From Octopus bimaculoides (lineage: Eukaryota), in the NCBI RefSeq assembly GCF_001194135.2, contig NC_068986.1, positions 1,445,314 through 1,509,313 of the forward strand: 64,000 bases of DNA. Direction: 5' to 3'. The stretch's first letter is position 1. Every line of letters begins with the position of its first letter. Below the pieces are notes generated by a model that was given only the letters and a program-made list of their open reading frames with translations, ran no database searches and was not told the origin of the DNA. Positions 1-12,575 of the stretch are shown here, piece by piece. Made by a program: the position numbers and the translations under genes.

Positions 1-1734
1 GATCAAGCTGACTTGTGTTCAAATGCATTCCAGCTATGACTATCTCATCTTTTTTCCATATGCAAGGAACTTAGGACCAACCAGAACTTAGGACCACACC
101 CACATTATCCAAGATAGAAAGGTAGCATGTCATTTGAGGAAAATTTGGCTACTGTTTCTTGTAGATTGACAAAATAGAGGCTCCCTTGCTGGCTCCATCA
201 TGTTCCAGACCCATAGGGAGAATTGCATCTAAGTGGTGACTGCTTTTGTCATGGTCCATGCTTATCATGAGAATTCCTTCATTACTATCCAAGCCTATGG
301 TGTGAATGCTTTTATTGCAGGACTTGATCAAGTAGATCAGTGATTATATAGTGAACTACGTTTATTCATAGTATCTTGGTGGACTAAGCAAACAAATTTA
401 GTGTCTTAGTTTAGACAGTGAATTTCATTAGTTTGGTTAAGTTTGTCTTGAAGAGAAGAGGAATTTGATGTTTCAGGACTGTGTCTTTGAGAGAAAAAGA
501 AAACTTTTTTCAGCGAAGACAGAATAAATAGCAAATATTTCTACTTATACTGAATTGTCAAATTAAATCTGTTCTAAATCATAGTTTATTGATGGCAAAA
601 CAAGTATCTAAATAGTATATTTGTTGCGAAACAGCTGGTCTTACATATGATTTTTTTTTTTGGTCTGTTACAAATGTTTTCTGACAATAAACTGATTTCA
701 ACCTTCAGTTTCTATTGATTTGGGCTCAGTAATTCTCTTTTCAATTGTTTATTCAGTATCAGAAGATTGTTGCAGTTGAGTAGCTCGATTTAGTTTGCTT
801 GAGCAGATGTATGACATAAATAAATGGATCTCCTATCACTTTTGAGAATTAATATTGCCTTCTCATTAAATTACCAGTGATTGAGTATTCTGGACATTTG
901 TATCCTTAATTATTCCTCAGGCATAACCACAGTTTCTGTGTCTGACAAACCTGACCATTTTGATTGCTGGTACTGTCTGTCCAATAGGTTTCCATTCCAT
1001 CCACATGATGCCTGTCTACTTAATATCACTCATAAGCCTTCAAGTAACTCGAGGCTTGAGCAAAAGACACTTGATCAAGATGCCAGACAGTGACCTGAAA
1101 CCCAACACTTTGTGATTGCAAAACAAACTTCTCAGTCACCTAGCCATACTTGCTCTCAATCTATGGTATAAACGTAGCCAATTGAATGCTCCAAAGCACA
1201 TGCCATCATCCAGATACTCCTTACATGAACATTCTATTTTGAAAGCAGTTATTACTAGAGTAATATGAGGTTTTATGAGGATTAACATTGCTTTGTTGTC
1301 TATTTTCTAATTAAGAGATAAGTTACATATAGTTAGGATTGAACTCAGAACAATAATTTCAAATGTAAAATTTTGGTATGTTTATATCCATTATGCTGCA
1401 TGCAATCCTATGTTAACTACATGGAAATGATCATATGTTTAGATCTGAAGGTGATCAGAAAATAGTCTCAAATAGGCTCACTCATGAAGTAGTAGTAAAG
1501 GTAGAAACATAAAGATAAGGTTAATATAAAAACACCAGAAAAGCTTTGCATATATACAAACAATAAACTTTAATTACAGAACCTAATTGAAGTTGCCAAC
1601 ATCTGGATTTCGTTAAAATTATTAATAAAGTCCATTTGTTTTAGAATACTATTTCTAAAGGAAAATTTGAAATAGTGTAAGACTTGGTTGATTATATATT
1701 TATTTCTATTAAATGCTTTAAACTGCTCATATTC

Positions 1735-2050
1735 TATCGTCATCATCATCACTACCACCATCACCATCATTATCAACACCTTAATGATGATTATCATTAT
1801 CATATTTGTGTGTTCCTTATTCCATGTTTACATAGTTTGGACAGGATCTTCTCAAACATAGCACCCTGCAACTTTATCATCTCCTCTTTGAGGTTCTGCT
1901 TCCTGAGGTCAGCCTTCACCATTTCTAACCTATGTCTTAGCTGGTGTCTCTCTTCCACTGGTTCCTTCCACATCTGGTACTTCCTCACCCACATGTCATC
2001 ATTCATATATATCTCCATACTAGTGTAGCCGTCTCTCATATACACCACGA
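1735..2050 (-). mobile_element. RTE-clade LINE 3' end (decayed) with a (GAT)n tail
   Basis: The minus strand encodes ERRLH*YG...GTSGRETPAKT*...MVKADLRKQNLKEEM, homologous to the 49860-50058 ORF end. It is followed directly by a degenerate terminal tail and (CAT)n on + at 1739-1803. Confidence 0.75.
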
Positions 2051-2203
2051 CTGATTCCTCTTATAATCCAATTTATCTTTCTGCTTTTTCTTCATGTACA
2101 CTAACATAACACATTGATAAATATGTGTATACACTCACTCGATACTTTTGATATATTTAAAAAAATCATGTGGTAAAACTGATTTTTGTTGGTATTCTTT
2201 TAG

Positions 2204-2289
2204 GTTTGGTGCTTTTGAAGAATTCAAGAAACGTTCTGTGGATGAGAAGGGAAACTTGCCAATGAATAAGCGATTGCTGTGTGGTTTAG
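2204..2289 (+). CDS. SLC25A1: Mitochondrial citrate (tricarboxylate) carrier, internal exon, 86 nt, phase 2 to 1: (R)FGAFEEFKKRSVDEKGNLPMNKRLLCGL(G)
   Basis: Flanked by ttcttttag|G and G|gtaaga. The translation matches the human SLC25A1 segment RFGMFEFL...RGLLCGLG and splices in frame to 10533. Missed by the ORF track. Confidence 0.93.
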
Positions 2290-3889
2290 GTAAGATTCTT
2301 TTATAACGTTCTAATTCTTTTTAAGAAAAACTTTTATAAGTATAGAATGTAAACAAACCAACACTGGCTGTCAAGCAGTGGTAGGAGACACACACACACA
2401 CACACACACATGCACGCATGTACACACAGTCCAACAGCTTTCTGGTTTTCCATCAAACTGTTCATCCATGGAAAGCGGACATCAAATGGTGATGATGACA
2501 GTAGGCTTCTTTCAGTTTCTGTCTACCAAATCCATTCATAAGGTTTTGGTAAATCCAGTGCTATAGTAGAAGACACTTGTCCCAGATGCCATACTGTGGG
2601 ACTGAACCTGGAACCATGTGGTTGGGAAGTAAACTTCTTACCACACAGCCATGTATTTGTTTTTCTGTGTGTATGAATGTGTTTGTGAGGCACAGACATA
2701 ACTGTGTAGATATAGTTTGCTTTGTAACTCTACAGTTTCAGGTTCTATCCTACTGTATGGCACACTTGAGCAAGTGTCTTCTATTAAAGCCTTAGGCTGA
2801 CCAATACCTTCTGAGTAAAAGTGTAATTGTATTTCAGTTGACAACCTATGGTTAGTCAAAAAATGCTTCCATTTTTATCTCTGTTGAGTGGGTTAAGAGC
2901 TTGACCTGTTAAACTTTCCTTTCCTTACAGATATTGACCTTATAAAACATTCTGTGAACTCCCATTTAGATTAATTTTTGCGATGCAGACTCTCACCAGA
3001 TTTGCAACTTTATTATTAAACTTCTTTTTCTTTTTAAGACTGCAAATGAAAAATTATTGTAGTATGTCTGTTTAATTAGCTAAAGTGTAACGTTATATTT
3101 CCATTGAGGAAGATATTACTTTTTCTTCTCTTGAATTATATTTTATACCAATTATGATATGTAATCTTTTAGATATTTCTTTATAGTACAAAAAAATGAA
3201 CAAATATGATTCACCCACAAACAGATATTGGTTATAGATTTGTAACTTTCTAACACATGCAAATGGGTCTTNNNNNNNNNNGCAAAAGATTTCAACTAAT
3301 TAAAAAAAAAAAAAAAAGAAAGAAGAATGAATTCTCAACCTTCCTGTACATAATTTAACTGAATATATGCATGATAACCTCTTCACCTCAGTCTACTATG
3401 TATGCTGTTGGATAGATATATATATGTTAAAGACTTCAGCTGGTAATTCAACATCATGTCAACTCACCCTATTGTTTATGTCAGTCTTAGTTTACTTATA
3501 TGTAAATAATGTACAATGATTAGTTGTTTGCTAATGAAGTTCACATTTGTTTCTTTGTTGCATGCAAAGTTTACTTATATGTCATGTGAAGTTACTGGAT
3601 TTCGTCAAATATATAAACAATCAGGTTTTTCCTCTGCTTGTTGCACACACGTGTATTCGTTTGGCATTCCACCTTTTTGTTACCTGTCCATATATCATGA
3701 ATTGTAATTTCCTTTAAAATATCATATTACCTATGAGGAACCCAATTTAAAGCAGAAATAAAAAGAATAGAAACAAAAAAAAAATGAATCTCTGCTTCCC
3801 AAACTCCTAATTTGTAAGCCAACAGGCTTACTTTTTATTTTAATAACCAGTGCAGAGGAAAGAAAAGGAGTTCTAATGAGATTGATATG

Positions 3890-4380
3890 ATAAATGTCAA
3901 GTTGAACATTTCTAAGTTGACACCAGCAATGAGGACATGGCTGGGGAGGGAATCTCAGATGTTTTTAATTCTGGGAAGGAAATACAGACGGCTACGATTT
4001 TGAGAAAGAATATTTTGATGAACATAGTTTTTAGTGCTAGATCTGGGAAGTGATAAGAAGAAGAACTTCTGGTGTGTTAGATAGTCCTGAGTTGAGGAAA
4101 TATGAAGCTAACTGCTTCAGTGGAGCAGACAAGTCCACTGTAGTTATGATGGGATAGTCAGATAGGAAATGGTCTGTTTCTGAGCCATTTGAATTATATC
4201 AATCTTCAGAAACAATCTGGAAAGTGTGTGCATGTGTGTTGCAGTAGTACGGTCTCAGATATGTTAGCAGTAGGTCATAGTGGGTTCTACTTGAGTGGTT
4301 GAGTCAGCAACCAATAAGAGCTGAAGTATTTTATGGAACTGAAGAGGGCATCAGCTAAGGTATTTTCTTTTCCTGAAAAA
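3890..4380 (-). mobile_element. Old CR1/L2-like LINE 3' remnant
   Basis: The minus strand encodes RLYFLPRIKNI*DSLPSHVLIA, a match to the CR1 C-terminal WNSLP motif. Heavily decayed. Confidence 0.5.
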
Positions 4381-6578
4381 TCTGTGTCTATGATCACTAT
4401 GAAATTTAAGTTTTGTATGTGAGAGAGAGAGAGATTAATATGAAAACTTATATGAGATTGTTTACTATTTCAGATGATTTTTAACTTCATTTCTCGAGGG
4501 TAATTAAGGTCTTTTAAGCTTCTTGTCGCTGTTTAATTAGGTTATTATAGCTTCATTACACGAAAATTTTTAATTGCTCATTATTGTGCTCAATAAAGTT
4601 GAACCTTTTTTCTTATTGCATAATTTACTGTATCCTTTTTTCTTTTCTTGAACCCTCAACTCCTCAGGGGTCTTATAGGGTTGCTGTCATGATAAATAGT
4701 ATGTTTTGGGTGTTTTAAACTTGGTGAATCCCATCCCTCTGCAGGTTTGAACGCAGCTGATTTCTTGCAAAGAGAGGAAGAAGAATTGGCTGTGGTACCA
4801 AACTTGTATTTTAGTTATCAACATTAAAAGGTCAAAAGACAAAATTGACCTCATCAAAATTTGAACTTGCAATACAGAGAGCCAGAATGACTACTACAAG
4901 GCATTTTATTCAACTCCCTGATAATTCTTTCACTTTGCTACATAACCATATGAAGGCTCATGATACTTACACTGTCCCTGACTTGTTATTCTGTTGAGAA
5001 TAGTTATCAGTACCAGCCAATGGGATGAATACTTTTTGTAATATTTTGGTATTTTATATCTGAAGGACAGATTCTTCTGTAATACTAATAAATAATCAAC
5101 TATTTTTATATATCCTTGTTGCTTGTGGTAACAGTTTATTTTTAATTATCTTACATTATGTTTTGATCAGAACTACTCTAAATTCTTTTCTTGTTCTTCA
5201 TTTGGTATTTGTGGGAACCATTAATTGTTGATTTGGTTTTGAAGATCATCCAGTCTGATTAATTTCTTAAGGATGCATGAAGACAATTCATCTTGATTCA
5301 AATTATGAAGCAAAATTAGCTCACTGGTGAAGTGATTATGAATCATACAACTACTGTTAAATTTTTGAGTGGCTTTATTGAGAATCACAAACTAGAGCTA
5401 AAAATAATTGGGAATTAATGCAATGTCTATTGAGTAATAAATAGGAATGTGTAAGAGATCCAGAAAAATATTAGATTCTAGTATAAAATTATCAACTAAA
5501 AATAAAATTGTAATTTCTTTTTTACACTAATTTAATTTGTAATGTTCATCCTAATATAGTTAAAATATATTCTAAACCTTGCCAGTTTTAAGACACACCA
5601 TGAAATTGAGGTAATAATTACTTTCTGGCTTTGCTGATTAAGGCAAAGTTGCATTATACTTTCTTATCAAATTACTTGTAAAGACTGAATTCAGTGGAAT
5701 CTATTCATTAAACAATAAGTGAAAATAGCTTGTAATGTTTTCTAATTATTATTAATAGTCTTGTAGAGTAAAAGATAAATGTTCCTGGTGAATTAGGTAC
5801 AAGCAACTCTTGTTGAAAGCAATTCGTTAATTATTTCGAATGTTGTACAGTGTTGTCACCTCTCTTGTAACTTTAAAACTATATTCTAAAGTAAGAAATG
5901 AATTTTAATGGCCCTCTAAAGTACAGAACTCAAACTTTGGTCGTACAATTTTGAAGGAAAGAACCCCAATATTCCAAATGGTTTTATAAACTCGTTAACA
6001 CAATCTGGAAACGATGAAAATCTAACACATTTCTTGAATTTTTTTTCTACCACTTTAGGAATAACATTAAAGGTAATTCATTTTGTTGGTTTTTATTTAC
6101 AGTATTTTATTCGACTTATTTTTACTTGGATTTTGAATTTTTAACACTAAATGTTTTGGATTTATCTGCTGTTGAGTGGAGACCCCCCCTTTTTATATCT
6201 AAACTCCTGTTCTATTTACTTTGGTTCAGTTTAATCTTTATTAAATCAAATTTGCATTAAACCTTATATACTCTGTTTCAGTGACTCTGTAGTAACCACA
6301 CATATTAAAATGCCTAATGCAGTTATGTATAATTAACAAATTCTTTTCTTTTCAAACTGTTTCAGTCTGTTATTTGATTTGTAGCTTGGTTAAGTTCCTA
6401 ACATGTATTTTTCTGGAATCCATAGAGTGATACCAGTTGTATCTTTGTTTGAGACAAATGGTAAAAATAAAAGAAAAACATATATTGAACAAATATATGG
6501 CACCATAATCTAGCTAGTTTTATAACCCCAGCAACAGTAGCAGTTTAATTTTTGGAGGAATTGTATATAACATAAGTA

Positions 6579-7141
6579 TAGTAATGCCTTGACATATGAG
6601 TTAATCTGTTCCTGGTGACCGCTCGTAAAGCAAAAGCTCGTAAAGCAAAAACTCGTAAAGCAGGGCAGTAATTTCCCAAAGTAGCAATGTTATAAATCAT
6701 AATTCATTCCCAGAAAAATATTTACCTGTAACATTTATAATATTCGTAATGGCAATGAATCAACAGTAGAATGTAAAGAATATTTTATGTAATGTAAAAA
6801 GAATGTCAAGATTATTTATAATAAAAAATATTATTATTATGACCATTTTCTGTATCGCTTTCACTTGCACTAGACTCATACACACCATCACTTGTAGACG
6901 CAATCACTGATTCACAAGCACTCACAGACGGACATGTAGATTTCTTTTTATAAAACAAGTCTAGAGTTGTTTGTTAGAAGCTTTTTTCACTCTCTAAATT
7001 TCTCAGTGACATGCAGAAGCATTTGTTATGGTAGCAGAAACTTTTGCACTTCAATCGATCTTTGAATCTCTGTGCTTGAAAAATAAAACTCTTAAACCTG
7101 GTGTCTCGTAAAGCAGGTCCTCCTAAAGTGAGGCATTACTG
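6579..7141. mobile_element. Tigger/pogo-like MITE
   Basis: TA-flanked, with TIRs TAGTAATGCCT / AGGCATTACTG. The subterminal repeat CTCGTAAAGCA occurs three times on the left and once on the right. Confidence 0.7.
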
Positions 7142-7494
7142 TAATGTATTTCAGTAGTTGTCTATGTGGAGAAATTTGTGATGCAGTCTTTGTTACGGTG
7201 TGAATGTGAGACGTTAGAAATAGCAACAAATGCCTCTCTAAACTTCAAAATATGGAAAAAGAAGAAAACTACTGTTACTCATCTATCTCTAGTCTCTTCA
7301 TCCTTTACTCTTCACTTTCTCTTGCCTACTCAGTTCCCTGCTCTCCAACTTTATTTTTTTCCTCTTCCCTAGTGTGATTAATTCTTCATTCACAGTAGCA
7401 CAGTTGGTTCCACTTCCTTTCACATGAAAACTGCCAAATATTCTACAAAGATTATCTAGTTATCTCTTCACCTTGTTGAATATTGTTGCTATCT

Positions 7495-7905
7495 TATTTA
7501 GCCCAGGCTAGTAATGATCAAGCAAACCTATGACCAGATACGCTCCAGCCATGACCATCATTTTTATTCTTTATATTTAAAACTATATCATCCAAAATCT
7601 GCATTTTTTAAAAGAAGGGTTTGACTGCTATTTCTAGCAGGTGTAACACCTATTGAGAAGCTTCCTTCTTGGCTCATGTTAATTATGGGTGTTGTTATTT
7701 TTTAGCCCCAGGTGGGCTCTGAATGAACAGACACTTGATCAAAAGCTTTCCAACTGACCATTCTGTCTTTATTTTGGGCAATGTATCTAGGATTATGCAG
7801 TTTGTCTCCATACTCCCAACACTTTTTTAAGATGATAGGGTGTGATTTAAAGGATGTTTGGTTGCTATTTCTAGCAGATTGAGTATCCACAGAGAAGCTT
7901 CTTGA
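7495..7905. repeat. Family D interspersed repeat, two tandem copies; also at about 1-190, 29465-29645 and, reversed, 18850-19005
   Basis: Recurrent AGCCCCAGG...TGATCAA...CCAGC(C/T)ATGAC...TTTGACTGCTATTTCTAGCAG unit. Confidence 0.7.
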
Positions 7906-8544
7906 TTTTTCGTGGTGAATTATGTCAGCCGCAAAGTACACATAGCATGATAGAAGGAGCAGTTTTTTTTTTTTATTTCAACCACCACTACTATAATCCA
8001 TTATCCTGGACAGCTGTTCTTTTATAATCCTTTTCACGTTTTTTTGGCAAATAACAGGAGAAATAAGAAAGAAAATTCAAACAAAATGGAAGAATAGAAT
8101 ATGGAATGGTAGATTATGCATTTCATAATAGGAAGGCATAACTAAGCAGACAATAAAATGAAATAACTAAAGGTTTGTGGCCCTGTGCCAAACCAGGAAA
8201 TGATTATTTTATTTAGAATTTTTTTCTGTCAAAAGTTTGTACAGTGTTTTTAGTATCTTTTACTTCTACTTTGCTTGCCTACACATGGTTTTTATTCTTC
8301 TATCGTTTTATTGGCTTCACTTGTTTGACAAGGGCACAGCTCACCAAGGGCTTTGTGTAGAGTTTATTGGACCCTCTATCTTGTCTGATAATCTGATACA
8401 CACTTTATCAACCTTTGTAAGGACGAATGCTAAATTGACCTTAGAATAAATGGACGTAACTAACCTCGAGGTATTTTGTTTTCAAATTGTATTAATTCTG
8501 CAATCTCTACTATAAATATATGCACACACACACACACACACACT

Positions 8545-9040
8545 ATTATTATTATTGTTATTATTATTGAGCGAGAGAGCAGTGCATGCCATCAAAGTGA
8601 CACTGGGGTAAAATATACGAAGCCCATTATACCCATCATGACTACTCGTCTGGTAAGGGTACACCAGGCACATGCATCACAACCATATGGGCGCGACATA
8701 GTGATCTCATATCAAGATAAACAGTGCATGACCTTGCAAGTGGGGGCCTAGTTAGAATTTTCTGCAGGTCGGGTAGCCCATCTCACTCAAAAGGTCCCTG
8801 AATGAGGTTTGTTTGGGGATGTTGAATGACACAGCCATGTTTCCAAAGGTGAATTATCCAAACCCCAAAGAATTCCTCTCACCACATGGCTATGATGCTC
8901 CCCCACTACTTCTGCTCATGATCACAGATGCACATATCGTCACCCACCAAGGGACATGCTCAACTGGTTAAGGTCAAACAACTGACAAGCAAATCTGTGG
9001 TATTGAGCAGAGTATTTGCTGTAGCCCATCTCTTATATCA
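8545..9040 (-). mobile_element. Interspersed repeat, probably a 5'-truncated LINE 3' end, with an (AAT)n tail; partial second copy at about 62410-62560
   Basis: 8875-9010 aligns with 62425-62550. (TTA)n tracts on + flank both sides. No ORF is recognisable. Confidence 0.55.
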
Positions 9041-9052
9041 TTTTGTTATTAG

Positions 9053-9083
<31 letters not shown>

Positions 9084-9089
9084 TTATTA

Positions 9090-9430
9090 TGTTTTGTGTT
9101 CAAATCCTGCTAAGGCAATCTTTTTCATCCATTCTTTTGGGGTTGATAGTATTGATTAATCTCCTCCCTTTCAAATTGCTAACCTTGTGCCTAAGTCAGA
9201 AAGCATTATTATTATATTTAGGATGGCAAATTGGCAGAGCTGTTAGTGTTGGACAAAATGCTTTACTGTATTTGTCCTGGCTCTTTACATTTCTGAGTTA
9301 TCTCCAGTCAGAGGTCACTTTGCCTTTCATCCCTCCAAGAGGTCGATAAGATAAAGTACCAGTCAAGTGCAGGGGTTAGTGGTATCATCTATTCCTCTCC
9401 TCTTAAAATTTCTGGCCTTCTGCTTAAATC
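9090..9430 (+). mobile_element. Family A SINE, two tandem copies
   Basis: Partial copy, then (TTA), then a full copy with TTGGCAGAGC A box and GAGGTCGATAAGATAAAGTACCAG core. Confidence 0.75.
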
Positions 9431-10532
9431 AGAGACTCTTATATTTGAATAAATTATATATTATTATCTGCATTCTGTTGTTCCCTTTCACATGTCAGCA
9501 GCTTATCTATGATAGAATTTAACTTCTGTTAATTACACATTATGGCTTTCTTTTCTGTAAGAATTACATTTAGCATCTAATTTGCTAATGTGGTTCACAA
9601 TCTTTGCATTAGAATTAAAGTCAAATGACAGGAATCTTACCGAACTTCTTGTGCAACCAATGTTTACTTCTCAACACTGAAATCCTAACTGTTCTAGGTT
9701 TATTTAAGATATCTCAAAGGTTTTTTTTTCTGTGACTATATTTGTTGTGTAAGCATGTGTGTCATTTGTTCTTGTGCATGTATTATCAAGTATTTTGACT
9801 AATAAGTAATAATTTATTCTGATTTTTGTTCTTGTTTTCAATTTTACTTCTGGAACCCAGCTAAATAATTTGAACTTCAAATACTGCCTATCTCTTTTGT
9901 AAATAAACACACAATTGGTATTCTATCCATTTAATAGTTGTTTTCTCATCTACAGCAGAAAACTAGAAGTTATTACTGGATCTGTGGATCTTTAGGACTA
10001 AAAATGATTTTTAAAAAAATTATTATTGATTACATGGATCAGGTTTGTACAAACTGTACAGTATCTGTGCAAGTGTTTTTATGCCATAGACTTGGATTAA
10101 CTAAAGCCTTGTTAGTGAAATTTGGTGGACAAAAATTTGGTGGTAAACTTAACTTGTTATCTGCTTAATCCTCATCAACAGACCCTTAGATATCTTTAGT
10201 GGAGTTGACTCTTGCAAGTACTTAGACCAGATTTCTGGTCTGAAGATAACACCATCTTTTCTTCCTACTGGTTCAGAATAGATGAAGAAAATTTAACTAA
10301 ACATAAAGAAAATAATTTAAAAGTATTTAGACTGACCAAAACACTAATCATGGTTACTGATCCATATTTTACTGTTACAGCATCAGATTTGTCTTTATTA
10401 TTTTTTAAAGTTTCATATTGCCTCATGGCTTAATCTATGTGGTGGAACCCAATTTTGTAACTTTTAATACATTACAACTTGAATGGTTACTGTATCAAAT
10501 ATATAATTCCTTTATTGAATATATATTCTTAG

Positions 10533-10670
10533 GTGCTGGTGTGTCTGAAGCAATATTAGCAGTTACTCCAATGGAAACTATTAAAGTAAAATTCATCAAT
10601 GATCAGACCTCAGCCAATCCAAAGTTTAAAGGTTTCTTCCATGGAGTAAATCAAATTATCAAAGAGAAAG
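10533..10670 (+). CDS. SLC25A1: SLC25A1 exon, 138 nt: (G)[45 protein letters not shown](G)
   Basis: ttcttag acceptor and gtatgt donor. Contains the carrier signature Px[DE]xx[KR] (PMETIK) and is very close to the human sequence. Confidence 0.97.
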
Positions 10671-10881
10671 GTATGTTTAACACTTTGTCTTTGCTGATAT
10701 AAATACCATGAAAACTGATAATATGATATTTACTTTGCTATTTACTTTAAGTAATTCAATTTAAGTTTGTCTCTTATGTTTATCTTATGAAACCAGTATT
10801 TTTGTCATTACTCCATTGTGAAAAATGTCTGAAATATCATGCTGTACAACTATAATTCTCCAACTAATATTTTGCTTCTAG

Positions 10882-11102
10882 GAATCCGTGGCGTATATCA
10901 AGGGTTGACACCAACTATCCTGAAGCAGGGTTCTAACCAAGCAATGCGATTTTTTGTTATGGAAACACTCAAAGATAAATACAGAGGTGGGGACCCAAAT
11001 GTCAAAGTTCCTATGCTTCTAACTGGGCTTTTTGGAGCAATTGCTGGTGCTGTATCTGTATTTGGTAATACTCCTATTGATGTCATAAAGACACGAATGC
11101 AG
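10882..11102 (+). CDS. SLC25A1: SLC25A1 exon, 221 nt: IRGVYQGLTPTILKQGSNQAMRFFVMETLKDKYRGGDPNVKVPMLLTGLFGAIAGAVSVFGNTPIDVIKTRMQ
   Basis: cttctag acceptor and gttagt donor after a 211-nt intron. Contains the citrate-carrier motif KQGSNQAxRF and the third signature PIDVIKTRMQ. Confidence 0.98.
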
Positions 11103-11365
11103 GTTAGTTTTGGCATTATTCCTTTTAATCCTTCCCATTTTTATGATTATTTAGATATCCGCTATGTCTCAGTATTATAGCATCACATTTCTAATTCATG
11201 CTTTGTTCGCTCTGAATTTTGAACAGCAATTACTTATTGACAACAACGGTAACATCCGAGAATTCCTTTTTTTTTTTAATCCAGCTATTATGATTTCACT
11301 GCAACCACTTCCAGCACTAATTACGTTGCATAGTCACCAAAAAATATCAACTGTATTTTGTAAAG

Positions 11366-12095
11366 CAGCTGAATAGTTCACGGAATAATTTTACAAGTGT
11401 GGAAGCTAGGATTAGAATCGAAGGGCCTTAGAGTCAATGCTGCAAAGACCAAAGTTCTCGTAAGTAGGAAGGCGAACACATCACACATCCCTTCAGGTAG
11501 GTGGCCCTGCTCGATCTGTAGAAAAGGTGTAGGTAGAAACTCCATAAGATGTACCCAGTGTTGGCTATGGACACATAAGAGGTGCAGCAACATCAAAGGA
11601 AGATTAACCGGGAAGATAGCTTTGCAGATGCAAAGGGGCAATAAAAACCACAGATGCTCAGAAAACAGACTCCATCACATGCCAGGGGAAGAGACTAGAA
11701 GTAGTTGATAGCTTCCGCTACCTAGGTGACCAAGTCTGTAGTGGGGGTGGATGATCAGAGAGTGTTACCACTAGAATAAGAATAGCCTGGGTAAAGTTTA
11801 GAAAGCTTCTACCCCTACAAAGGGCCTCTCGCTCAGGGTGAAAGGTAGATTGTATGATGCATGTGTGCAAACTGCCATGCTTCACGACAGCGAAACATGG
11901 GCCGTGACTGCTGAAGACATGCGTAGGCTTGAAAAAAATGAAGCTAGCATGATCCGCTGGATGTGTAATGTCAGTGTGCACATGGCAGTGTAAGTGCCCT
12001 GAGAAAAATGTTGGACATAAGAAGCATCGGATGTGGTCTGCAAGAGAGACGTTTGTGCTGGTATGGTCATGTGCTGCAGATGGATGAGGAGAGCT
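11366..12095 (+). mobile_element. RTE-clade LINE fragment (RT C-terminal half) with an inserted PHD-like zinc finger
   Basis: GLRVNAAKTKVL...CSIC-x10-CTQC-x4-H-x2-C...C-R-C...EVVDSFRYLG...KGRLYDACVQTAMLHDSETW...RLCWYGHVLQMDE, with frameshifts and one stop. Confidence 0.9.
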
Positions 12096-12179
12096 GGACA
12101 AGGACAGACAAAGGGATTAAGTCGATTACATCGACCCTAGTGCGTAACTGGTACTTAATTTATCGATCCCAGCACTACA

Positions 12180-12575
12180 AATATGAGTGTAGCTGTGTGG
12201 TTAATAAACTTGCTTTCCAATCATGCAATCTTGGGTTCATGTCTTCTACTGTAGCCCCAGGCTGACCAAAGCCTCATGAGTGGATTTCGTAGACAGAAAC
12301 TGGAAGAAGCTCATTGCACATATATATATCTGTGTGTGTGTGTGTGTGTTGTTGTTTCCTTTCCTTGACATTGCATTTACAATGAATGTCATTGTCATGT
12401 AAGTGGCGTCCTTTGTTTCCAATCTTCTTTGAAAATGTCTTGTCATGGAGAAATATTACCTTACATGGACACAAGTAAGGGTTGGTAACATGAAATGCCT
12501 CTGGCCATAGACAAATCTATCTCAACAAATTCTGTCCAACCCATGTAAGTATAGAAAAGTGCATGTTAAAATGAG
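12180..12575 (+). mobile_element. Family B SINE with an RTE-type 3' tail
   Basis: Head GCTGTGTGGTTAAT...GTGTCTTCTACTGTAGCC...AAACTGGAAGAAGC, internal (TG)n, and an ending CTGTCCAACCCATG...GTTAAAATGAGGAT. A further RTE-type tail lies at 12720-12830. Confidence 0.75.

Noticed and set aside
11290-11350. TTGCATAGTCAC (11326-11337), matching the first 12 nt of miR-153, in a weak hairpin
   Set aside because: The 3' half diverges from miR-153, the 5' arm pairs poorly, and a 12-mer hit to some conserved miRNA is plausible by chance in 128 kb of both strands.
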